Part shown: in pieces, positions 10,801-20,460 of the stretch | Position numbering within the stretch: position 1 is the stretch's first letter | Layout of the letters: each line of letters begins with the position of its first letter | Assembly: GCA_963731595.1 (NCBI GenBank) | Contig: CAVSWE010000003.1 | Location: 236,948-300,947, forward strand | Direction of reading: 5' to 3' | DNA length: 64,000 bases | Origin: an uncultured delta proteobacterium | GTDB taxonomy: Bacteria > Myxococcota_A > Polyangia > Polyangiales > Polyangiaceae | Notes under the pieces: generated by a model | Database searches by the model: none | Seen by the model: the letters and a program-made list of their open reading frames with translations, nothing else | Told to the model about the DNA's origin: nothing | Made by a program: the position numbers and the translations under genes

Positions 10801-11163
10801 GTAACCGAGCCGGCTGGATGGCGCTGGGCGGCTGGCCAAATCTTTCGGCGCAGTGGAGATGGTCACGTGCGTCTCACAAATGTCACGCCGCGCATGGTAT
10901 TTGGAGCCCCAACGGAGCACAAGCCGCTAGCGCCGACACGCAAAGTTCAGATTCATCATTGATCGCGTCGTCGCCGCCGGGTCGGTGTTCATGATCCCTG
11001 GCACGCCATGCCCATTGGGAGGGTTGTCGAAATCTTTCCGAGTGCGGCATTGGCCGATGGTCCGGTATCCGAGGAGCAGGCGGCCTTGGTCAAAGCGCGG
11101 TAACATAGAGTACGCCGCCTACCGACAGGCGTAGGGGTGGACCACTTCGCATGGTCGCGCAAG

Positions 11164-11802
11164 ATGAAAATCCTCGGTGTGGGCCTCAGCAAAACGGGAA
11201 CTATGTCGCTGACTGTGGCGCTACGTCGCGTCGGCTTCAAGACGATGCACTACGACCGAGTCCGGCTAAATGACGTCCTCGACGGGAGCAATCCGAGCCC
11301 GGATTTTCGCCGCTACGACGATATCGACGCGGTTACCGACATCCCTAGCGCGTATTTCTACCGGGAGTTGCTTGAGGCGTACCCGGAGGCCAAGGCGATC
11401 CTGACCATTCGCGACGTCGAGAGCTGGTGGAGGAGCGTTTCGCACCACGTCAACGTGCAATTCCCGCTGCCCCAGCATCTGGGCTGTGCCCCTTGGACGC
11501 AACCGTTGGGGTCCGCGCCGTGCACCGACTCAGACGCGCACGCCCGTTTCATGCTGCTTCTGCACAACTACGTCTATGGCTCCCCCACTGCGCTCGAATT
11601 CTTATGGAAGAAGAAATATCTCGACCATAACGAATGTGTGGTGCAGCAAGTGCCGTCGGAACGTTTGCTGGTCATGAACATCACCGCTGGCGACGGATGG
11701 GAAAAGCTGTGCGGCTTTCTAGGCGTGCCGGTACCCGATGCGCCCTTCCCACACCTGCACCGGAGGGTCCCTCAACCCGCTTATCCAACGGCGGCATTTT
11801 GA
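11164..11802 (+). CDS. Sulfotransferase-family protein (PAPS-dependent, P-loop-like 5'-PSB motif)
   Basis: MKILGVGLSKTGTMSLTVAL.. and C-terminal ..GWEKLCGFLGVPVPDAPFPHLH are typical of small bacterial sulfotransferases. Confidence 0.55.
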   Translation: MKILGVGLSKTGTMSLTVALRRVGFKTMHYDRVRLNDVLDGSNPSPDFRRYDDIDAVTDIPSAYFYRELLEAYPEAKAILTIRDVESWWRSVSHHVNVQFPLPQHLGCAPWTQPLGSAPCTDSDAHARFMLLLHNYVYGSPTALEFLWKKKYLDHNECVVQQVPSERLLVMNITAGDGWEKLCGFLGVPVPDAPFPHLHRRVPQPAYPTAAF

Positions 11803-11918
11803 GTAGCGCGACGGTCCAGTGTAAGTCGGACTGGGACCGTCAACAATCAGACCGAGCCTCGCCACGAGCCCATATTGTCACGAACGCGCAGTTGGCCCAA
11901 CCACGCCACTCGCCGTGC

Positions 11919-12395
11919 TCATACCTCATCTACCCAGTAGTCCAGGCCGCGGTCTGCGCGCGTCATATGGCGCAGGCCGCCGCCGAAAGCGCCGATCTTC
12001 TTCGAATCGGGGTATTCGCAGACTTCTGCCGGCAACATGGTGCTGACGGATAGATAGGCGAGTTCGGCATCCGAGTCGTTGACGATCTGGTGCGCCGTTT
12101 CCGGGCCGCCGGTCGGGCAACAGATCACGTCGCCCGCGCGGATCTCCCTTGTCTCGTCGCCGTAGCGCAGCGTACCTTTGCCCTTAACGATAAAGAACAT
12201 TTCCTCTTCCCCGCGATGACTGTGGAAGGGGCACGAGCGCTTTCCAGGCGGGACGACGTCGTAGGAATAACCGAGGTCCTTCGCTCCGAGCAGCGGCCCG
12301 ATGCGCACGGCGTCGCACTCGAACTTATCGCCCTTGGCGAAGTGCTCAAGCTTCAATTCATCGATGTTGACAACTCTCGAATCGATTACGCTCAT
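11919..12395 (-). CDS. Cupin-domain protein
   Basis: ..FHSHRGEEEMFFIVKGKGTLRYGDETREIRAGDVICCPTGGPETAHQIVN is a cupin core. Confidence 0.6.
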   Translation of the reverse strand: MSVIDSRVVNIDELKLEHFAKGDKFECDAVRIGPLLGAKDLGYSYDVVPPGKRSCPFHSHRGEEEMFFIVKGKGTLRYGDETREIRAGDVICCPTGGPETAHQIVNDSDAELAYLSVSTMLPAEVCEYPDSKKIGAFGGGLRHMTRADRGLDYWVDEV

Positions 12396-12785
12396 CGGTC
12401 CATTTCTCCGCACCGATGGAAGATAAGGATTTCAACGCACCAAGCGCCGGCCGATCACTTTATCACGGGCTAACGCGACCGGCTGGCTGGGGGGTGCTCT
12501 CAGCCGGTCACCACTGTCGCAGTGCGGCCAACTCCGGAATTTCGAGACGACGTCGAAGTTTGCGAAGAGCGGACGACCGGAGTCTTGCTCGCGGGGCTGC
12601 CACCGGTTTTCCGGTGGCTAGCTCGACGCCGAGCTTCGGTCGCGTCAGTTGCCGGCACGCGACCTCCTACTGGCACTTAGAGTGGAACGACCGGAATACA
12701 GATATCGCATTCGAGCACACCGGTCTCTGGGTCAAACGTCGAACCTGTCCGGTAGTACTCGAAGCATGGACGGGCATCGAGTTGT

Positions 12786-13136
12786 GTGTGCAATTTCAAG
12801 CGGCTTTCCGAGCGGCGTATCGAATTTACGCTCGACGTCGCGCAGGACGCGGCGGCGGCGCAGCTTGCGCTCATCCCCGCGATAATCCGCGAAGCCATTG
12901 AGGCACAGCCCAAGACACGTTTCGACCGCGCCCACTTTAAGAAGTATGGCGAATCTGCTCTGATCTTCGAGTCGGCGTTCTACTTCTCCGATCCCGATTA
13001 CAACCGGTACATGGACGCCCAGCAGCCCATCAATCTCGCCATCTACCAGGGTCTGCAGCGGGAGGGCATAACGCTCGCTTGCCCGCCTCCGGTGGTCGTC
13101 AATGTAAGTGCGCGGGAGCGTGACGGGCCCGCTTGA
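12786..13136 (+). pseudogene. C-terminal domain only of an MscS-family mechanosensitive channel
   Basis: RIEFTLDVAQDAAAAQLALIPAIIREAIEAQPKTRFDRAHFKKYGESALIFESAFYFSDPDYNRYMDAQQPINLAIYQGLQREGITLA; an upstream stop and no TM or beta-domain sequence in any frame. Confidence 0.6.
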
Positions 13137-13449
13137 TCGTAGACGTCGAGGCTCGTCCGCCCTCGTCAAGCGCAATCCGCCACTGCTCGTACTCGGCGAG
13201 CTTCACCCCCTCGCGCTGGAGGTAGGCAGTCAGCGCCTCGCCATCAAGATCGGAGGCATCGGCGAGGACACGAGCCTTCTGCTCGACCGTCCACTCGCGC
13301 GCAGCCGGTTTCGGTTTATCGGCCATGATCGGCAGGCTACGCGCCTCCTGCAGCCAGCGCGACAGGTTCTGCTGTCGGACCCCTGTCTCCCGAGCCAACT
13401 GCAATGCACTGACTGCGTTGTTGCCGGTGAGCCGATGGACCATCTGCAC
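13099..13449 (-). mobile_element. Orphan IS3-family transposase OrfA (HTH plus leucine-zipper-like region); no OrfB
   Basis: ..LTGNNAVSALQLARETGVRQQNLSRWLQEA..EWTVEQKARVLADASDLDGEALTAYLQREGVKLAEYEQWRIAL. Confidence 0.55.
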
Positions 13450-13681
13450 CTACGAGCAAATGCTCGTTGATACCGAGGCAACCGTGCGCCAGGCCCTAGC
13501 GTTCCTGGGATTTCGCAACATCGGCGCGATCGACCCGGGGCTTCTGCAGCGCAGGTACGCTACATTCCGCGACGGCCGGATCGGCCAAGGAGCCAGCACG
13601 CTGAGCGCCAAACGGCGGCGACGGATCCGCGAGCGGTTTGCCCACTTCCCGGGCGTTGACTTTCGCCGCTACGGTCTCTGA
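13440..13681 (+). pseudogene. C-terminal remnant of a second sulfotransferase
   Basis: TYEQMLVDTEATVRQALAFLGFRNIGAIDPGLLQRR.. has the typical sulfotransferase C-terminal layout and begins exactly where the IS3 OrfA remnant ends. Confidence 0.45.
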
Positions 13682-13927
13682 TCGGACCCGCGTGTAACGA
13701 AGCGACATGAAACTTTAGGTTGCTTGCTCGCTCTGTCTGCAAACGCACAGAGGCGCGCGCTTCGGCCGGCGCACGCCTGTCGCCCACACTCGGCGAGGGA
13801 TTCTCGAGCGTCAGAATGTAGCGCGGATGCATCCAGTTCAAGCAAAGGCCCGCGAGGCGCGATCGCCGTGCCGCTAAACGCGGAGGCGCTGCGGCGTGTC
13901 AGCAAGAGCTATCTTGCAAGCCGACAC

Positions 13928-14302
13928 TTATTCAAGCCCATGCAGCCACTTTATCGCCTCAGGCTGGGAAGTATAAATGTCTGCTGTCAAGCCAAATTCC
14001 GCAGCGACCTTTACACCAAACTTCTCGGGGTGAATGTATTCGGCGCGGACGACCAGCACCACGACAACCATGCCTTTCGCTTTCTGTGCCCACTCTTCAA
14101 CCATCAAAAAGCGGTCAACTAGCGACGGGATCGGGACCCCCTCCACACCCGTGGCATCGATGAGCAGCTTATCTGCCCTCTGATGCCGGCAATATGCGAT
14201 TACCCTCGAAATGTGGTCAACCGCTTCAACGAGAGAGCATTCACCGGAGAGACGAATCCGGCGGATGCCTTCTATGACTTCCACATGCTCTTGTAGCGAC
14301 AT
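13928..14302 (-). CDS. Hypothetical protein with a STAS/SpoIIAA-like (anti-sigma-factor-antagonist-like) pattern
   Basis: VEVIEGIRRIRLSGECSL..KLLIDATGVEG..VVVVLVVRAEYIHPEKFGVKVAAEFGLTADIYTSQPEAIKWL. Confidence 0.35.
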   Translation of the reverse strand: MSLQEHVEVIEGIRRIRLSGECSLVEAVDHISRVIAYCRHQRADKLLIDATGVEGVPIPSLVDRFLMVEEWAQKAKGMVVVVLVVRAEYIHPEKFGVKVAAEFGLTADIYTSQPEAIKWLHGLE

Positions 14303-14762
14303 TACTCGTATCGGTGACGCTGCCTAACGGCGCGAACCGTTGCGGAGTGGATGGCGCATCATCGGCTCGACCGCAGCATGGGGCGATAATAGCGCGAGTT
14401 GGCGCTGGAAGTAATGGGCCTCTCCCGATCGCCGAGCTGGAGTTCTGGGCTGCCGACTTGCCCTACTCACACCTGCCATCGAGCCTGTGTCGCCTCAAGA
14501 TTGTAGCTAGGTACGGATCGGAAAACGACGAACGTACAGAAGAGGAGACCTTATGAGGCGAAAATCCCTGGACGTCGACCTTCTCGCGGTATCCGGTCGA
14601 GCTTAACGATACCCTATAGACCCTCTTCCGATCGGCGGAGTAATTGCTACCGCGGTCTACAGTGCGTGAAGGCGTGCATGGACAAAACGCACCCACTCAT
14701 TTGAACGTGCGCGTGCGCCCCCTCCTTGGCGGCGCGCGGTAGTTCGTCTCGCTGTTCTTGCG

Positions 14763-15518
14763 TCAGGCGTGCTTTTTTTTGAAGGCGAACAGGAACAACG
14801 GTCGCTTCGCGGACCGATTACCCGCATGTATTCGCTGCAATCCATGCCGGCTTGCCCCTTCTTCCCATTCCTCAAGTGAGAAACGGTTGTTCGACAAGCC
14901 GAGGTAGGTCAAGTAACGCTGGACGCGGGGGATGGTGCATACCGCGCGCCGAACCCACGGGCTCCGCGTCATTCGCTTGGCCCAATCTTCACGTTTGCGC
15001 CGGCCATTTATGGGATTTGGGACATTGAAGATCAACACACCTCCGCCTCGCAGAACCCGCGCCAGTTCGCTAAAAACGAGCTCCAGATCCCCGACATATT
15101 CCATGACACTGGACGCGACCGCCGCGTCGAATGAGCAATCCCCAAATGGCAGTTGTCGCCAGTTGGCGGGAAGTGTCCTCCACTTAATGTCGGTATCGCC
15201 GAAGGCCTGGCGCCCTTTCATAATCATCTGGTCGGCCACATCGCAGGCCGTTAGCACATAGTGGTGCTCCCCGAGATGCTTGGCCAGATGGCCCGTACCA
15301 CAACCGAAGTCCAACACTTCAGCCGGCGGCGTCGCGAACCCGCCCAGCACAGAGCAAAACTGGTGCAGGCGCCATGTCAGCTTCCCATCCGGCCTGTAGT
15401 TCCTGCCCCAAACTTCTGCGCGATCGTTGAACAGGTCGCGCACCTGCTCAGATAAATCGCGAGGCCTATAGCTTGGTCGAATGGTCAGCTCGGGCGCTAG
15501 ACACGAGGATGGTTGCAA
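14763..15518 (-). CDS. Class I SAM-dependent methyltransferase (Methyltransf_11/23-like)
   Basis: Motif I EVLDFGCGTGHLAKHL; post-I acidic ACDVADQM; motif II/III region GGVLIFNVPN. Confidence 0.7.
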   Translation of the reverse strand: MQPSSCLAPELTIRPSYRPRDLSEQVRDLFNDRAEVWGRNYRPDGKLTWRLHQFCSVLGGFATPPAEVLDFGCGTGHLAKHLGEHHYVLTACDVADQMIMKGRQAFGDTDIKWRTLPANWRQLPFGDCSFDAAVASSVMEYVGDLELVFSELARVLRGGGVLIFNVPNPINGRRKREDWAKRMTRSPWVRRAVCTIPRVQRYLTYLGLSNNRFSLEEWEEGASRHGLQRIHAGNRSAKRPLFLFAFKKKHA

Positions 15519-16028
15519 GATGATCGGCCCTCTAATGGCTAAAGGCTACAAAATGAAGAAGAGAAGGCCAATAACGGCTAGTCCAAGCAGCGCGGTACGC
15601 GCTTCAGGACCTGGATTTCTCGATACGCTTCATAGCCGTTCGACGCCGTCACATAGCCTAAGCAAAAGATCCACTTATCTAGTTTTGGCCACCGGCTGAC
15701 CATCGTCTGTGTGTTACCGCACACATAGGGCATTGCATTTCTGCGCACCCGCCCGGATTCAAAACCCGGGACTCATGCCGACCGCGCGTGCTTCACGAGT
15801 ACGGAGTTACCCGGCGCGTCCGCTCGATTGGAGCACTGCGAACGACCGGTGTGGAGAAAGAAATTGGAGGGCCACGTTTGGCCGAGAGGCGACGGACGCG
15901 CTTGATCCTGATTCAACAAGCCTCATCAAGTGTTACGCATACGCGGCAACGCATTGTCCGCTGCTTCAGACAAGCATGGGCAGCGCGATTCAACGCAATA
16001 AGCCGCCCCGGTTCCGGGTCGAGAAAGG

Positions 16029-16295
16029 CTAGGACGCGTCTCTTTTCCCGGCGCCCGCACTGCTCTTCTTCGCGTCTTGCCTGCCAAGCTCCTCAGAGGT
16101 CAGCTTGACCCTTTTCACTTTTTCCGTCTTGATCTTTTCTTTCTTCACTTTTTCCTTCTTCACCTTTTCCTTCTTCACGACCGGACCCGCCAATGCCAGC
16201 TTCGCCAGCCGTTTGGCCTGCTTCGCTGCGACCTCGAGAAGTTTCCTGGTTTTTTGGTGCTGCCGTCTGGCTTTGAGCATTGACGAGTGACTCAT
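16029..16295 (-). CDS. Small lysine-rich basic protein with a tandem KKEKV repeat (histone H1/AlgP-like low complexity)
   Basis: ..GPVVKKEKVKKEKVKKEKIKTEKVKRVKLTSEE.. Confidence 0.5.
   Translation of the reverse strand: MSHSSMLKARRQHQKTRKLLEVAAKQAKRLAKLALAGPVVKKEKVKKEKVKKEKIKTEKVKRVKLTSEELGRQDAKKSSAGAGKRDAS
16111..16180. repeat. Tandem 15-nt repeat (ttcac[t/c]ttttccttc, about 3 units) encoding the KKEKV repeats
   Basis: Direct reading of 16111-16180. Confidence 0.7.
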
Positions 16296-17007
16296 TTTGA
16301 CCTCCGATGGGTGAAAGATTGAATTCGACTTTACGCCACGGCGGCGAGCGGCGCAATCTACGAAGTGAACGGCGACTCACGGCGCGTTGGCTCCGACAAA
16401 GATCGCGTCCGCAATCTTATTTTTGCCATACGCGAGGGATGGGCGGCACTCGACCGGCGCGGTGTCGCGGCCGCGCCAATAGGGCTTCGCGCAATATTTC
16501 AATGGGTCCCGCTCCCTTTTGCCGTGATGTACTGGCGGCATCTGCTAGGCTCGCCTCTTGGTGAATACTATTTCGCACGTCACGCCCGACATGCTGCTAG
16601 GGAAATGGGTGCGCTTGTGGCCGATGTGTGCGTCCTACTGCCGAACGACGGTATGCCGCACCTGCGACAGCTGTACGTAGCCGTCGAGCGCGCTGCTGAA
16701 TCATCGCCATGACCGGCCATCTACGGGGACACCTGAAAGTGCCCGACCTCTGCCGGAGCACCACTCTCATCGACTTTCGTCTTCGCCCTGTTGGCCGATC
16801 TCGGCGGGCCAAGCGAAAGTACGGTACCGCGCTCTGAATGGGCTCTAGGTTAATGAGAGAATTGAACTCTCTCGAGCGGCCGATGGGTTAGCACATTGGT
16901 TCGACCGCAAGTTCCGGGGAGCGCCGGAGATTCGTTACATGCTGCGCCGACCGCTTGCGCCTGAGCTGCCCTTCGCGCTAGACAGGCTCGGGCGTTCTAC
17001 GACCGCG

Positions 17008-18738
17008 CTAACCGGTCCGGCTCAGTGAGTTTTCGACGACAGAGTTCAATGCGCTACGCAGATGCGCGAAATCCGCCATCAACGCGAAATAGCGGTATTC
17101 GTCGCCGCCCTTCGCGCGGATCAGCGCGACCAGGCGGCGCTTGTCCGGTGCGGGCCATGCGCGAAGGTCTTTGATCTGAGCAAGGACCGGCGCAATGGCG
17201 CGCAATGCCCTGCGCTCGTCGTCGTTCCAGGCACCGGCATCCGCCAACCCCAGCGCCGCAGCCACGCGAGACAGCGCTGCCGCTTCCGCGCGATCGCGCC
17301 GACCACGGAACCGTGACGCTATCCACGTCGTCACTGCTTGACTCAGCGCCGCCGGATCGCACGCAGCGCGTGCGCCACAGACCACGGGCCGCTCGAGATC
17401 GGAGCGGGCGAAGCGCCGCAGGACGGACAACGGCGTGCGGTGCCCCGGGTTTCGCCTGATTTGTTCGAATTCCTCCAGCGCGACCGCGCGCAGCGCGGGC
17501 TTGACGGGTCGGAAGCCCAAGCGGAAATAGAACCAGAATGCGCCTGATTCGAGACCCTCACGGTTGCCGGCGCCGAATTGATAGGGTTCCACGACAAACC
17601 GCTCCACGGCGAACAGTTGGGCATACACCCGCAGGACGGAGGCCATCAGAAACGCGGACTCGCCGTTTCGAAACGGCGCAAAGATGTTGATGCCGATCTT
17701 GCAGGTGCCGAGGAACGGCCAACCGCCGCCATAGCCGATCGGGACGCCGTTCTTGTACAACACGTAGCCGATATGCGAATCGAGTGCGCCGCGTTGCGCA
17801 GGTATAGCCGAATACAGCGCAATATCGACACCGCGCCCAAGGCGGTAGTGGCGCGTCCGCGCAACGTCAGCGTGGGCGATCGGATCGGTCTCGCGACCGA
17901 GCATCGCCAGGGCGGCACGTCCGGCATCGACGAGATGCTGGCAGGCGTCACGCCCCAGGCGGCGTGCCCGCGGCAAGGCGGCCGCGATGAGCCGATCGGC
18001 ATCGACGCTGCGCAAGAGCGGACCGCGATGATGGAACGCTCGGGCAGGCAATCCGCGCGCGAATGTGCGGGAGATCGGCGCGTCGCGCGGGTTCAGCGAG
18101 ACGAACAGCTCAAGGCTGTCGTAGAGCGACTCGCGCAGCGCGGCATCACACGGCAGGCGCTCGAATTGCGCAACCAGCCATGCAAGGCGACTGGCGGGCC
18201 ATCCTGTCGTGCCGGCGTCGAGCAACGCCTCCGGTGAATCCTCGCCGGACGCCAGGAGCTCGAATTCGGCCGGAGGCAATCCATGGCGCAGCCATTGCGC
18301 GAGGAGCGCGCCGCGCTCACCGAACGAATCGATATCGACACATCTCGGAAATCGGGACACGAGCCAGCGGACGATTGGATAGCCGTATGCAATGGTGATT
18401 GCAGACCACGCGATACCGCTCCCACGGAGCGAGGCGCGTGCGCGCGCGGGTCCGTGCGCGTCGATGTCTCGCGCCACTGCAGCGACCCGCGTCAGTTCGC
18501 GTGCAGCGAGCGAACGCATTGCCTCCGTTGCCGGATACGCGAGAATGAATAGCAGCACATCGTGATAGGCGAGCAGTACCTCCGTATCGCCAAGAGCTCC
18601 ATCGGCCGCCGCGCGAAGTAGCGAGAGGCTGCGCGCACCGTCCGCGCCGCCGAAGCGGTTCGCCACCGTACGGAGCGCGATGACGGTCGCCGCCTCGAGT
18701 TGTCGGGGCGGCAAGTTCGCCATGTCGCTGCGCCCCAT
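17008..18738 (-). CDS. Hypothetical 576-aa protein, function unknown
   Basis: Long uninterrupted ORF with coding-like composition; conserved-looking core YKNGVPIGYGGGWPFLGTCKIGINIFAPFRNGESAFLMASVLRVYAQLFAVERFVVEPYQFGAGNREGLESGAFWFYFRLGFRP; no family assignable by eye. Confidence 0.5.
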   Translation of the reverse strand: MGRSDMANLPPRQLEAATVIALRTVANRFGGADGARSLSLLRAAADGALGDTEVLLAYHDVLLFILAYPATEAMRSLAARELTRVAAVARDIDAHGPARARASLRGSGIAWSAITIAYGYPIVRWLVSRFPRCVDIDSFGERGALLAQWLRHGLPPAEFELLASGEDSPEALLDAGTTGWPASRLAWLVAQFERLPCDAALRESLYDSLELFVSLNPRDAPISRTFARGLPARAFHHRGPLLRSVDADRLIAAALPRARRLGRDACQHLVDAGRAALAMLGRETDPIAHADVARTRHYRLGRGVDIALYSAIPAQRGALDSHIGYVLYKNGVPIGYGGGWPFLGTCKIGINIFAPFRNGESAFLMASVLRVYAQLFAVERFVVEPYQFGAGNREGLESGAFWFYFRLGFRPVKPALRAVALEEFEQIRRNPGHRTPLSVLRRFARSDLERPVVCGARAACDPAALSQAVTTWIASRFRGRRDRAEAAALSRVAAALGLADAGAWNDDERRALRAIAPVLAQIKDLRAWPAPDKRRLVALIRAKGGDEYRYFALMADFAHLRSALNSVVENSLSRTG

Positions 18739-19082
18739 GCCGTCAGTACCCGGAATCGAGCCGAATGATAATCATGTAGCCGGCCTCCTCGCCGCGGCTA
18801 AGCGGCAGGGTTAACGTCAATTTGCGAGATGGACTTTGACCCGAAGGAAACCGACGTGAAATATTGCGGCATAGACCTGCATTCGAATAATAGTGTGGTG
18901 ATCGTCAGCGAAGAGAAGGATTGGATCGTGCGAGTTTCTCCGTTCCACGGCGGACAGTTCACGTCAGTGCCGACCGGGAACTTCGGCTATCCCCGTCCTC
19001 TTGCGCACTCTCCATCGAGCTTCCGCGAATAGTAGCCAATGTACCTATTCTTACGCGTTCAATTTCTAACGACCATGCGGCG

Positions 19083-20272
19083 CTAACCAGGTTTACCGTC
19101 AAGCCGACCCCTAGACAATACCGGCCAATACCGTACGGCATATATCCCAAACGCCGCGGACCAACATAAACCGGATACGACCACCGTCGCCAGATAAGCA
19201 CCTGGAAGCAACATGCCGCCGAAGACGCGAATCATGGCAGCGAGTGCAACCAAAACAAAACAGGCAGTCTCGAAGCCGTCAGCGCTCAGCGGCCGCCCCG
19301 TATGGGCGCGTGCCGTTCGCGTCATCATGCCGATGGTCATGCCGCCTATCGCCCCCACCGTCAGCGCGTGAACAGCGAACAGTTGGCCCACCACTCCGAT
19401 CTCAGCCAGTCCACGCAATACAAGGTAGACAACAATCCAGCCGTAGGCGACGTGCAGCACCCACACCAGAGGCGCACTTCCAGTTCGCCATGGCTGCCAC
19501 AGGTAAAGTCGTACCGCGTGCGCGAGCGCAACCAGGAGTGCAAGCATTGCAACGACCAAGGTGGGAACCGGGAGAAGGTCGACGCCAAGCAATACGAGCA
19601 CACCGACTAGCGCGAATTTCTCGACCAACGGGTAACGCGTCGCTTGCGCACCTGGGATGCCGTTATTGGTGAACATGGGAATCACTCGCCCGCCGATGAC
19701 AGCCATGATAAACAGGATGACATCGAGCCCGGCCTGGAGGCTCGCCAGCTCTGTCCACGGAAGCAGGCCCAGATGTGAAAGGTGAAACGCAAGTACGGCG
19801 AAACCGAGCAATAGAAGCAACCCGAGGAAGAAATAGTTGCGCCGGTTCCGACTCTGTACCACAGCTTTTCCGATGCCAATGGCCAACGCCAAGGGAAACA
19901 CTACGTTGGCAATCGCGCCAGCGGTGGCATAAGGGGTCAGGACCAGCACACGGCCGGCCATCCAAAGCGCCGCCAGCGCGATCAGGGCAGGACCACTCGG
20001 AGTCGGCTTGCCGGTCCAGTTGGCGACAGCCGTCAGCAGGAATCCGGCCACGACCGCCATCGTGTAGCCGAACAGCATTTCATGGCCATGCCACGCGGGA
20101 CTTCGCAAGTATGTAGCGGGCAGCTGGCCGGCGTATTGACAGATCCAAAGCAGGATCGACGACGACGCGAAGATGCTGGCAAGTAGGTAGAACGGTCGAA
20201 AACCTAGATTCCAGAGTGCGAACCTTGTCGGGAACGATAGCCGCCTGAGGCCGCTGACCTTTGATTTTGATC
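19083..20272 (-). CDS. nnrS: NnrS-family heme-copper membrane protein (NO-stress associated), 2 frame interruptions at the N-terminus
   Basis: WHGHEMLFGYTMAVVAGFLLTAVANWTG ... GMTIGMMTRTARAHTGRPL; N-terminus LWNLGFRPFYLL recovered in a shifted frame. Confidence 0.75.
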
Positions 20273-20460
20273 ATCTGCAAGCTTGGTGGGGTACCGATGC
20301 TCCGTTCGCTGCCCGTTCGGAAACGAGCGCATTGCGCGCCTGAGGCAGAGCTATTGGTTCGGTGTGTTCACGCCTGTCTTTCGGCGAGATCCGGAGGTGG
20401 CCTGAAGAGGTTACCTGCGCGCTGCGCGTAAAATTATACGTCCGCCTGACGCGAGTTGGA

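Noticed and set aside
16830-16880. Second T-arm-like motif (GAGAG-TTCAATT-CTCTC, minus strand), possibly a tRNA or repeat of the 4913 element
   Set aside because: No acceptor stem, anticodon arm or extended similarity beyond about 17 nt; likely coincidence.
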